52,195 nucleotides of DNA from Chiloscyllium plagiosum (Eukaryota). The notes under the pieces are model-generated. The model saw only the letters and a list, made by a program, of their open reading frames with translations. It was not told the DNA's origin and did not search any database. Location: NCBI RefSeq assembly GCF_004010195.1, contig NC_057719.1:65813702-65865896 (forward strand), given 5' to 3'. Made by a program: the position numbers and the translations under genes. Below, one piece after another: positions 34,975 to 46,089 of this stretch (positions within the stretch are counted from its first letter, which is position 1; each line of letters begins with the position of its first letter).

Positions 34975-35055
34975 TTGAAAATAACAAATGCTGGAGATCA
35001 CAGCGGGTCAGGCAGCATCCATAGAGAGAGAGCAAGCTAACGTTTTGTGTCTAGT
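34975..35055 (-). mobile_element. Short 3'-end remnant of a Penelope-like element
   Basis: aaatgctggagatcacagcgggtcaggcagcatc, homologous to the terminus of the 16137 element and to 35435-35900. Confidence 0.6.
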
Positions 35056-35434
35056 AATTTGCTCCTATATTCAACTTCCTTTCTTAGACATTATATTAGC
35101 TGAAATTGTAATTGGTTCCTTCTCCTTCGGTACTGAACCCCTCTCTTTCAATTTTTCTTCAAAAGAAAATAAGAGAAGTAGCATCCCTCCTTCTGAACCA
35201 GAGATTTAAGTCCCTCTTTACATATTGATGGCCACCAAAGATTTATCATAATGGGCCCAAACCAATTGATTATGACCATTTATATCCTTGTGATATGCAT
35301 ATGGCAGGTAGCAAGAGTGGAAGAATTTTCTGATCAGCCAGTGCAAAACAGCTCCCCACATTAAAAGACTCAACTCTTACTGTGAGCAAGAACCATCCTC
35401 ATTCCAAGCGACTACCACACAGAGATACAAAGAC

Positions 35435-35900
35435 AATGTAGGAGCAAATTACTGCAGATGCTAGAATCTGTACTGAAAACAAAAAGTGCTGGAAATCACA
35501 GCGTGCAAGGCAGCATCCAAGGAGAGAGAACAAGTTAACATTTTGAGTCTAGCTGTCTCTTCATCAGAACTAACATGCAGTGTGGAGGATAAACATGCAG
35601 GAGGTTGGAAGAACACAGAAGTGGAAGTTCCAGGTGTAACCCTTCTTCAGAACCCTGTAGTGTGGAGGGGACAGAATTTTACACAATAGTGGGGAGGGGG
35701 TCTAGAGTGCTGGGAGAGAGAGGATGTTGATAGTTCAGATTAAGTGATTGAAATGTGAGAATGGTAGAACAATGGTGTGTCTAACTACCAGATTGGAAAG
35801 AACAGATAGTCGCATCGTGGTGAAGGGAGGGGAGAGAAGACATAGTGACAGAAAATGTAACAAGTGAAGCTAAAAGAAAGGGAAAGAATGGGCTCACAAG
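35435..35900 (-). mobile_element. Penelope-like 3'-end fragment with a decayed hammerhead (35535-35570)
   Basis: Minus strand gtt-CTGATGA-agagacagctagactc-AAAA-tg-TT-aac (GAAA mutated), followed on + by purine-rich UTR-like sequence. Confidence 0.6.
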
Positions 35901-38900
35901 TGACAAATCTCAATTCTAAGTCTTAACAAGGTATTACTTCACCTCCAAATTCCAAGTGGGAGGGTATGATTGATGTGTGTATGAATGTTTCTGTGGGCAG
36001 TTTCAATATTGTAAGGCAGTAAATTTCTATTGTGGAGTGGGCATAATACAGATAGTGACTGGTGTCACTATGTTTGGCTGAATATCTCAAACAGTTCTGT
36101 TATAATTATAGGGGAACTATGAACTCTACATATTATTGTTGCCATCTAACCTACATGTGCAATAGAAGTACAGCAATTAGTTTTATTATATTTGCAAGCT
36201 AGACCAAAAGAGAAAATAACAGTAAGAATTTGCCTCTATTTGTGACTAACATTCCAGCTGGAAGTGGAATCTGCTGAAAATTGTGGTGCTCTACTGTGAT
36301 GGTCTAGCAGTTGGATATCCCACGAGGAGTCATTCAGGAGTTCATGTACAATGAGTGCTTAATTGGATGCAAAATCAATGATTCTTAAATTATATCCTGA
36401 TGAAAGTTATTATCAACAAGAGAAAAGTAAAGCAATTAAATTGTGCTACCTTTTCTAATTACAAATGCATTCATTTCAAAAACAAATTTATTTATGGGTT
36501 ATGCATGTATCACTATGAACCAGGCAGATTGTTAAACTCTGGTTTGTTGGCATCTCTGTGAAGCATTTATGGCAAAATGATTGTTTTAATCAACACAATA
36601 ATGTGCAAACATTTACAAACCAACTGAATATTTGTAATACCAATACTTTATTAATAAAACCTTTTCATTCAATTTTTCAACTTAGTTCAACATTAATAGA
36701 TAGAAATTGTGAATAAATTACTTAGGTATCCAACAACAAACTTCATATGAGGGCTAAACAATCATTACAACAGTTAGCATTTAAGCAGATCACTCTCACC
36801 ATATATAGTTGCAGAGTCTTCAAATGAAGCAGGTAAGTGATAAAACGTCCTGAAATTTGGAAGAGTACAGACTTAACACAGATACAATTTCCACTGACCA
36901 AATAATGCACAAGTATCCCAGGTTTGACTACATTTTTTAGTTATGTGCATGTGCCTATTCCTTTTGATTATCAAAATTATTAGATGTGCATTAGAGAAGA
37001 CTGTCATTCTGTAGAAACAAAATCACTCCAGTTTAATATTTGTACAACTCAAGTAATAACCTATGCATGTCATGAAATGAGAATAACTATTAAACCTTTA
37101 TTCTGTGATAAATCATTGCTAAAATACCTTTAGGTTGACATCTCTAAATGAATATCTCACTTGAACAGAATTCAGTTAAAGATTTCAGGATTGCAATCAT
37201 CACAGCATCTTCTGTGACTCAATAAAGTCCATAATGGCAACAAGAGAAAGTGCTTTGTATCAAACAACAACATTGATATCAAGAGCAAAAACAGAACATC
37301 TGGGAAAGGGCCAGTTTGATTGGGGGGTAAGATAACACATTTTCAATCAGCAATTTTACAAAGTTATAAAAAGGATGGTCAAGTGCTGTCTAAATGTATT
37401 ATAAACATGTACTCACTTTAATAACCGTCAATTTTTTTTGTGCTCATGAAACTGAAGAATTATCATTCTGCATTTATGGAACCATCACATCAACGAGGTC
37501 CTTATGTTGGCCAGATGTAAAGTAAAGCTTGTTCTATGTAGCTCAACAATGCTGTTTCAGGAGACCTTCCAGAGGGTATCAATAGAATCTTGTATAGTCT
37601 CCATACCAGCCATCCTTATGATTTTTTTTTCCCTGAAAGGCAGTGTTGATTACTAAGTTATACATAATTAACAAGAACTTTGTCTATGGACCCAATGCTG
37701 AGTCGAAACTGGACTGAAGTTACTCAGTGTAAGTGTCACACAATATCCAACACAATGAGGACAGTGTTGCCAAAAGAGAAAATGCTGGAAAATCTCAGAA
37801 GGTCAGGTAGCATCTGTGAGGAGAGAAAAGAGCTGACATGTTGTCCGTTCTCAGAACTGAATTTGAAGATGGATCTCAAAATGAAAAGACATCTGTGATA
37901 TTTTGGATAGTTTGATTAAGGAATTGAAAAGTAGTTACTTCTGAATATAATTCTTTAAAAGTAAAAACATGGGTTTTATTTATAGAAAAATACACTAAAT
38001 GTGACTAGAACTTTGTATATTGCTTTCCAATTGATTGTAATGAATATTTAATTCATTGCTTGAAAAAATGAGACACTGGCTGAATAATCCTGGATGTGAT
38101 AAGCCATTTAAGATTAACAACTGAGCTCACAGTACATCTTACATATGTTCACTAGAAGCTACGCATATTTATATACAGGAATCTGTCCCCTGCAGACAAA
38201 TAAAATGTCTATACATTGTGCATTTTTAAAAATATAAACAATAGCAATAATAATAACAACAATGCCTCAACCAATAGACTCACAAAACAATCATCAGTAT
38301 TTTCTTGTACTGTATAAATTGTTGTTCCCATTGAAATGTGGAATTCTTGTGTTTGTCCTGATGAACACGAGATAAAAAGCTTCAACTGTAAATATTTTTC
38401 AGCAAGACTCAAATTCTGTAGGACAAGTTACTATGCTCAGGAATTGGCAAGCATCTTGCATTCATTGTGCTAAGAAATCCTTGAACTTGAATGTTTTCTT
38501 AGAGCAATCTAGAAGCTATCCCCCTTGGTTGTGAATAGAACCAAATCTAAGAAGTGACAGACAGAACACACTAGTAATGAATGCACATTTTGGATATGAG
38601 TTAGCTTGTTTAAATCAAGCAAAGTACATTGAGATGGCAAGTGTAGCATATACAGGGTACATTGCTTTTGCATTAATATGCAAAGACAAAATTGACTGAA
38701 TTAAATAAGTTTGATCAAAATTGCTAAGTAGCTTGTTCACTCACTGTGAAATAAATTTATTTTAACAATTAGTTTCTGGCCACATTTATCTTGAAGTTTC
38801 TTCATATGCCTTCAAAACACTTGGAGGGGTACATGAGGAAATGTGTAAAGCGTACAAGTATCTGGTTTCAACCACAAAAGTCTAATATTGTCACACCCTC

Positions 38901-39564
38901 GCATTATGTATTCTAATGTATTCAGCAATGTGAGACTACAATGGCATGCAGAGGCATCACATTCACTGTGGGTGATAACTACCATTAAAGGTGTGAAGGT
39001 ATCTACATCAGATGCTCAACTTAAACCAACCTAATTCCAGCACTCTATCCAACCCAATCCTTATACGTCATCACTTAGGTTCAGGAAAAAGTCACACCCC
39101 AAAAGGATACTATTTTTGTACTGTACAAAAACTTCTATCGCTGCACACCACTAACATTTTTGGAGAATTTTGCTCCTTTTTTTAATTTCTTCTGGTTACA
39201 CATGTAGAGCATTCTGTAAATGTAGAGCTCAGACAGGTAATGATAGCCTTTTCTTATACTTCTGTTGGAGCAGAATGAACATCAGTTTCTCATATAGTGA
39301 TTCACTTCCTCTTTTCTCATCATCCTACTTCTTTCCTAGTGAGTGCTGTCTTTCGCTTCACCATTTATCCCAAAAGGCGTTATTATAATTAGAAACTCCC
39401 TAAAAGCCCATGTTGCATTCCCTTTGTGATTTGTGTTAATGACCATTCTTATAGAGAGCAGAAGGCCCTGGGGTTCAATTCCTGGAAGTGATGAGTTTGC
39501 TGATTTTGGTCAGAGTGACAATAAAGTTATTGCAATTGACTACAATGCCCCTTGGTTAAAAAGA

Positions 39565-39970
39565 AAGACTTGTATTTATATTGTAATTTTCATAACATCA
39601 GGATGCTCCAACGCACTTGTAAAGAAGTAAATTTGAAGTGCAGTCACTGTTAAATATAGGAAGCCTGAAAGCCAATTTGACCATAGCAGGCTCCCACAAA
39701 TAGTAATGATCAGACAAGCTGCATTTTATATGAATCGAGGTAAACATTGTCCAAGATATTGGAAAAACTGCCTATTCTTTTTCATAAAGTGCCCTCTTTT
39801 ATATCATGGGAGTGGCCTTCTTGGAATGACTCTGCCAACAGTGCAGCACTGTCTTCAGTCCTGCACTGACATCTCAGCTAGATTATGTGCTCAAGGCTCT
39901 GGTGCAGGATTGAATTTCCAAAAGCATTTTGATGAAGAGGTAAGAATGCTACCACTGAGTTATGGCTGAC
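39565..39970 (-). mobile_element. Ancient Deu-domain SINE (SacSINE1-like)
   Basis: acagtgcagcactg..cagtcctgcactgac Deu-like core; tRNA-like head near 39945-39970; colinear with 27776-28150. Confidence 0.6.
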
Positions 39971-40236
39971 AGGAAAGGAAAAGTCTCCTCGAGTTTCCAT
40001 TCCTGATTGTAAATCTGATAACCCCTGCTGGAAAGACCAGTTGTCTGGGCATTTAGTAAAGGGAATATCAGGGTGGCCTTGGATGGTTTGTGTTCCCCTC
40101 CTTTGCAAAAGCCTACTGACAGTTACAAATGCAGCTGAAAGTAGTCATGATTTGGAGATGCCGGTGTTAGACTGGGGTGTACAAAGTTAAAAATCACACA
40201 AACCAGGTTATAGTCCAACAGGTTTAATTGGAAGCA

Positions 40237-40271
40237 CACTAGCTTTCGGAGCGACGCTCCTTCATCAGGTG
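40237..40271 (-). ncRNA. Minimal type I hammerhead ribozyme
   Basis: Minus strand cac-CTGATGA-a-ggagc(gtc)gctcc-GAAA-gc-TA-gtg; intact core. Confidence 0.8.
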
Positions 40272-40678
40272 ATTGTGGAGGGCTCGATCGTAACACAGAA
40301 TTTATAGCAAAAATTTGCAGTGTGATGTAACTGAAATTATACATTGAAAAATTGATTGTCTGTTAAGCCTTTCATCTGTTAGAATACAGTAATAATTTCA
40401 CTTCTTCCATGTGTAAATCACAAAACCCTTTTTTTAAAGTTGCATTCTTGGGTTAGCTGTTAACAATGGTGGTAACTAGACAATATGTTGAAGGTGTTAG
40501 CCCCCTGTGTTCTCTGTCTATGACCTGATGTTTAGATTGATTCTAATCTAAAAAGTTAGATAACAGAGTTTTACATAAATTCATGCAGTTTTTGAGCTCA
40601 GAGTTCTACATGAATGTATGTAGTTTTTGAGCAAAGTGCAATGTAACTCTGCAAGTACAAATTCACCACACAAAATAT

Positions 40679-40900
40679 ATGTGTGCATGTGGGTCTTTGT
40701 CTGTCTGTGTGTGTGTCTGTCTGTCTGGGGTGGGGGTTGTGAGTGTGAGAAAGTATGTGTGTGTGTGTAGTGAGTGCAGAGTGTCTTAAGTCTGTGAGGA
40801 GGTGTATGTGTGAGTGTGGGAGTGTGTATGTCTATAAAGATGTGTATGGGTGCAGGTGTGCACGTCTTTGTGTACCTGTCTGTGTGTGTGTGTGTAGTGC
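40679..40900. repeat. Degenerate (TG)n microsatellite inside the Penelope-like 3' UTR
   Basis: Interrupted TG runs. Confidence 0.85.
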
Positions 40901-41272
40901 AATGGTGATCACCTGTAATGTGACATGAACCCAAGGTCCCGGTTGAGGCCCTCCCTATGGGTACCGAACTTAGCGATCAGCCTCTGCTCGGCCACTTTCC
41001 TCTGCTGCCTGTCCCGAAGTCCACCTTGGAGGATGGTCACCCGAAGGTCCGAGGCTGCATGTCCTGTACCACTGAAGTGTTCCCCAACTGGGAGTGAACC
41101 GTCCTGTCTGTTGATTGTTGTGCGGTGCCCATTCATCCACTGTCGTAGCCTGTATAATTTCAGTTACATCACACTGCAAATTTTTGCTGTAAATTCTGTG
41201 TTACGATTGAGCCCTCCACTATCACCTGAATTGCATGATTCAAATTAAATGTTGATTTTACTCTATCACTAT

Positions 41273-41307
41273 CACCTGATGAAGGAGCGTCGCTCCGAAA
41301 GCTAGTG
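41273..41307 (+). ncRNA. Minimal type I hammerhead ribozyme
   Basis: cac-CTGATGA-a-ggagc(gtc)gctcc-GAAA-gc-TA-gtg; identical to the 40237-40271 motif. Confidence 0.8.
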
Positions 41308-41741
41308 TGCTTCCAATTAAACCTGTTGGACTATAACCTGGTGTTGTGTGATTTTCAGCAGAAAGTAGTGCATTGAGGTCACAGGTGGCTGTGAAAGAAT
41401 GCCTGAAGGGTGTTCCTGCTTTTAAGAAAGGAGGACAAATCAAAAGAGCGAAATAAACTAGCTAAAAGCAGGAAGAGCTGTCTAGTAAAGGTGAAGACAC
41501 AATTTCCTGAGTAGTATGGCACTATGATGCAGTATGTAGCAAATAATTTTAGCACTGAGTCTTGTGTTTCATTTAATAGTCTTTCACATAGTGAAGTGTT
41601 TGCCACTGTGACATGCAAAATATTTATGAACCTTGAGACCTAGCAAATTGTACAGGTTATCCCTGCCACTTGACACCCTTTGCTTGAAATAGTGCTACAA
41701 CATGAAAATCTGACTCATTTCTTGTGAGATTGGCTGTCGTT

Positions 41742-41747
41742 TTTATT
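41742..41747 (-). promoter_or_regulatory. Candidate proximal polyadenylation signal of CHRM5
   Basis: TTTATT on + (AATAAA on -) about 200 nt after the stop. Confidence 0.35.
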
Positions 41748-41947
41748 GGTTTTTACGTATGCTGGTCTGTTCCATTTCCATTCCCCACAAAACAATGTCT
41801 AGGCTATTGTCCCAATTCTGCATCTGACCCACAAACATAAAACCCTGCCATTAATCACAAAGTGCTGTTGGTCACATGCGATGTATAAAGTGAATTGCAT
41901 GATTCAAATTAAATGTTGATTTTACTCTATCACGAACATTGTGTAGT

Positions 41948-43558
41948 TTACTTGTTGGCTGCTGAGTACTGACTGTGGCAGCCTGATTTCTCTTCACTTC
42001 TCTTTCCCTTCCATTGAAATAATAACAACAGCTTAAATGTTTTACGAAATGTTTTGTTGCACAGAGCATAACACATTGGGTTGACTGTGCTGTTGACATA
42101 GCACAGCCAGTATCCAAGATGCCACAATGACAATGGGATACAATTTGAACAGAATGTTGAGACTAATACCATAATGTTATAAGGTGTCCAGGTGATGATG
42201 AAAGCTAGTAAGATAGCACTAAGCGTCTGGGCAGCCTTTTTTTCCTTGACCAGAACCAACCGTTTTCTTTTGGTGATCTGGATACCAAGATTTTGATCAA
42301 GATTTCTAATAGTTCGACCTTCTGAGTCAGCAGATGAACAGGGTGTTACCTTTCCTTCTGTGCTTCCATTACTTGCATCTGAAGTTGATGAGAAACTTCC
42401 ATTCTTAACAGCCAATTTACTACATTTGTAAGAAACATATTTTTTATCACTCATCTTTTTTAGAGGGGTCATCAAGGTGTTTTGATTTTCATAATCATTT
42501 ATGATAGGATGCTTACCAAAGGACATCCTTGCGTCATCTTCACCACCACTCACATTGGCCTGATTTTGCTCTTGAGATCCTGAACTGACTGATGTTGTGG
42601 CAAGCTTTTCATCATTGCCTGATGCTGGGCGATTAACAAAAGATCCCATTTTGCTACTGCTTAGCCACTGCTCTGTGACATTTGGTGCAGGCGTGGATTT
42701 TAGAGTCACTGTTGTGCTCCTGTTTGAAGAAGACCATGAAACTTCGCAAATTTCCTTGTTTGAAAGTTTGTTGCCTTCACAGCCAAAACAGGACTTCAAA
42801 AGAGTCTTTTTGGAAGGCGCAACTTCATTTTCAGACCCCACATTTGTTCCTTGAAGCTCTGCCAGATCCTTAGTGCGCCTTTCTGTCTCTTTATAGATAC
42901 GGCAGTATAATATCGTCATCACCGACACAGGAATATAGAAAGCAGCTATTGCTGTGCTAAAAGTAATAATGGGCTCGGATAAAAATTGTATCTGGCACTC
43001 ATTTGGGTGCACTGTCCTTTCTCCAACCAGGTACTGCCAGCATACAATGGCTGGGGCCCATAATACAAAAGATATTAACCAAGCCAGTCCAATCATTATG
43101 CCAGCCCTTTTAGGTGTACGCTTAGCCCTATATGTCAAAGGGCGTGTGATTGAGAAATACCTGTCAAAGCTAATGAGGAGCAAATTCATGACAGAAGCAT
43201 TACTAGCTACATAATCTAATGCCAGCCACAAATCACATGTCAGATTTCCCAGCGACCAGTAACCCATTAGAATATAAGAGGTGTAGAGGTTCATTGAAAA
43301 CACTCCAATGATGAGATCAGCACAGGCCAGGCTTAACAAATAATAATTGTTCACAGTCTTAAGTTGGCTGTTCACTTTGAATGAGACAATGACTAAAATG
43401 TTACCAATTATAGTTATAAAGCTTACAATTGCAGTAATGGTGGCGATTGATACTATTTTCAAAAGACTGTGTCCCTCCTCTTGATTGGAGATATTGTCAT
43501 CTAGAGTCGTATTCTTTAAAAAATGTAATCCCATGATTTCAGGAACTGGAGTTAACAT
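41948..43558 (-). CDS. CHRM5: Muscarinic acetylcholine receptor M5 (class A GPCR), intronless CDS, 536 aa (528 aa from Met9)
   Basis: 7TM ORF with M5-type sequences [91 protein letters not shown]. Confidence 0.96.
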   Translation of the reverse strand: MLTPVPEIMGLHFLKNTTLDDNISNQEEGHSLLKIVSIATITAIVSFITIIGNILVIVSFKVNSQLKTVNNYYLLSLACADLIIGVFSMNLYTSYILMGYWSLGNLTCDLWLALDYVASNASVMNLLLISFDRYFSITRPLTYRAKRTPKRAGIMIGLAWLISFVLWAPAIVCWQYLVGERTVHPNECQIQFLSEPIITFSTAIAAFYIPVSVMTILYCRIYKETERRTKDLAELQGTNVGSENEVAPSKKTLLKSCFGCEGNKLSNKEICEVSWSSSNRSTTVTLKSTPAPNVTEQWLSSSKMGSFVNRPASGNDEKLATTSVSSGSQEQNQANVSGGEDDARMSFGKHPIINDYENQNTLMTPLKKMSDKKYVSYKCSKLAVKNGSFSSTSDASNGSTEGKVTPCSSADSEGRTIRNLDQNLGIQITKRKRLVLVKEKKAAQTLSAILLAFIITWTPYNIMVLVSTFCSNCIPLSLWHLGYWLCYVNSTVNPMCYALCNKTFRKTFKLLLLFQWKGKRSEEKSGCHSQYSAANK

Positions 43559-43696
43559 TTAGAGTAAACAATGGCCATTCCACTTCAATCTGCTAAAAAA
43601 TTTAGATGAGAAATCTCATACCCATGACATGAACTGGGGATTATAAGGGTGTGATTTCTTCTGTAGGTATCGTTTCTCTTTGCCTCTTTGGTTCTA
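43559..43696 (-). other. CHRM5: 5' UTR part of the CHRM5 coding exon (splice acceptor AG at 43698-43697)
   Basis: Minus strand reads tctttttcttatttttcag|tagaacc, a strong acceptor 138 nt upstream of the ATG; muscarinic receptor genes typically have introns only in the 5' UTR. Confidence 0.7.
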
Positions 43697-43764
43697 CTGA
43701 AAAATAAGAAAAAGATTACAAAAATTGTTTCCTTTCTTAACCTATAATTTAAGACTATTAGACC

Positions 43765-45050
43765 AAAATCATAGAAGCACAAGTAGGCCCTTCAGCCCAT
43801 TGAGAATATTTCATCATTCAATGAGATCACAGCTGATCTGATAAAACACAACTCCACTTTCCTGCCTTTTCCCTATAATCCTTGATTAATTTACTGATAA
43901 AAAGTTTGTCTATCTTGAACATACTTAACAACTCAGACAATGGCCCTCTGTGCTAAAGAAGTCCACAATTACACAATCCTATAAGAGAAGAAATTCTTTA
44001 AATGCATGACCCCTTAGTCTAAGCTTACACCCTCTCATCCTAGATTCTTGCCCAATGCAGAAGCAACCTTTTCACACCTAACCTGTTAAGTTCTCTGTCA
44101 GTATGTTTCAATAAGGCTGTGTCTCATTCTTCCATATTCCAAAGAGTACAGGTCCAATCTGTTCAACCTTTCCTCATAAGGCAGTCCACCTGTACTTGCT
44201 ACCAGCCCTGTAACTCTTCTCCAGGCTGCTTCCAATGCCAGTATATATTTCCTCCAATAAGGGACTCCCACAGTATTCCAGCTGTGGGCTGACTAATGCT
44301 TTGTACAGTTTTCACAAAATCTTCCAATTTTATATTTCATTCCCTTTGAAATATAGGCCCATGTTCCATTTGCCTTCCCTATTATGTGGATGCAAGCTGT
44401 TTGTGATTCATGGATACAAACTCCAAAATCTCTCCTTTCTGTAGTTTTTCACCATTTAAATAATATTCAGCTCCTCTATTCTTCCTGCCAATATGCATAA
44501 TCACTCAATTCCCCATATTATATTCCAACTGCTAAATTTTTGCCCACTCACTTAATCTATCCATGCCCCTCGACAGATTCTTTACTTCATCCTCACCACT
44601 TGCCTCCCACTTATTTTTCTTTAATCATCCAACATAAACTTGGCATTCACTTTCCTTGTCCAAGTCATTAATATATATTGGACATAATTGTGGCCCCAGC
44701 ACCAATTCCTGTGTCACTCCACAGGTTGACATCCTGAAACTGTCACCTTAATCCAACTTGCTGTCATCTATTAGTTAGACAGTCATTTATCAATGCCAAT
44801 ATACAATCCCAGCATCATCAGCTCTTTTCTTATTAAGTAGCCAAATATATGTTATCTCATCAAACACTTCCCAAAAATTCAAATATATTATTTCTACTGC
44901 TTTGCCTTAATCCATACTGCTTGTTAATTCCTCAAAGAATTCTAGTAAATTTGTCAGACACAATTTCCCTTTCATGAAGCCATACTGACTCATATTATGC
45001 ATTTCTAAATGCTCTATTTCACATCCTTTATAAGACTTGAACATTTTCTC
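43765..45050 (-). mobile_element. Old degenerate CR1 LINE
   Basis: Colinear with 1950-3725 (ccatttaaataatattcagct.ctctattcttcctg; aatttgtcag.ca..atttcc). Confidence 0.75.
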
Positions 45051-46089
45051 AAAAACTTATTTGTTTTCCAGTATCCAAATGTATCTTAAATAATCAAATG
45101 TTGTTCAATTATTTTGAATAATTTGACTGGTGGGTGAGCTTATAGACTTTACCTTTAAGTCAGGAGTTCTAATGACCATGACAGGTGTCTTCACAATGTG
45201 ACCAAACAGTAACAATCAAAGTGTCCTTCTTGCTCTGAGGAACTTCCAGAGAAAGAAAATAAGCTAAAGTAACTAAGACACTTTAAAATACATTTTAGGT
45301 CCTTTTTCTTTTTCTAGTCAAGTATTTAATTAGTCCTTGAACTAGTAATTCAAATATCTGGTACTTTTGTCAGTGTACGAAGGAATGCAAAATGTTTAAT
45401 ACAACATTAAAACTATTATGTAAAACCATTACTTGGAGTTAAACATGTTCCATAATTATTTCCTTGCCACAGACAGCTCAAGAAAATAGCCCACATCAGA
45501 AACAGAAAATGGAATGTGCCCAGACGTTGATCATACTATGACAAAACATTGTATAATAGAGTTTCTACTTTGGATACAATCTTGAATTGCTTAGTTGGAA
45601 TCACCTCTGATTATGGTATATGTAGGTGATAGAAACCAATTGAATCTTCTGATACCATATTAGCCATGTCTCAACTCTTAAGTAATGGGAGCTAACAGGT
45701 ATCACCTCATCACATACAAATACCTTGCTGAAGATAAGAAAGCTATCATTGTATCTACAACAGATCATGAGGTCAGAACATATCTGGATAATAATGGTGG
45801 GCATGTGCAAAGAAATGACACCTAGACACTACATCATTTCATTTAGCATACTCTTAAGCTTGGGCTAGCCACTGCGGATTTGCAGACACAATGGCAAAAG
45901 ATCTCTGCCTTAGGCCTTCAGCCATGATACATCAAAAGCCTGGAAACTATAGAACTTCACAGACTGGAATCTTCATTGTCACAATCAGTAGCATAGAAAT
46001 TGTATTGAAGCAACTCAGAGCTGCTTGGAGGAAAGTTTCTTTCTATTATACTTGCTGTATCTTTCAATTTGAAATGTCCCCTATAATCA

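Larger units (their letters stand above)
40146..41355 (-). mobile_element. 5'-truncated Penelope-like element with an inverted second 3' end (41151-41355 on +)
   Basis: ORF 40909-41136 is a GIY-YIG C-terminus (MNGHR..PVGEHF..H..DL.V.IL..R..AEQRLI..GLN); (CA)n-rich 3' UTR; 14-bp TSD cagctgaaagtagt (40132-40145) / cagcagaaagtagt (41356-41369). Confidence 0.92.

Noticed and set aside
42597..43214. Plus-strand ORFs overlapping CHRM5
   Set aside because: Short antisense shadows of the receptor CDS with no independent signal.
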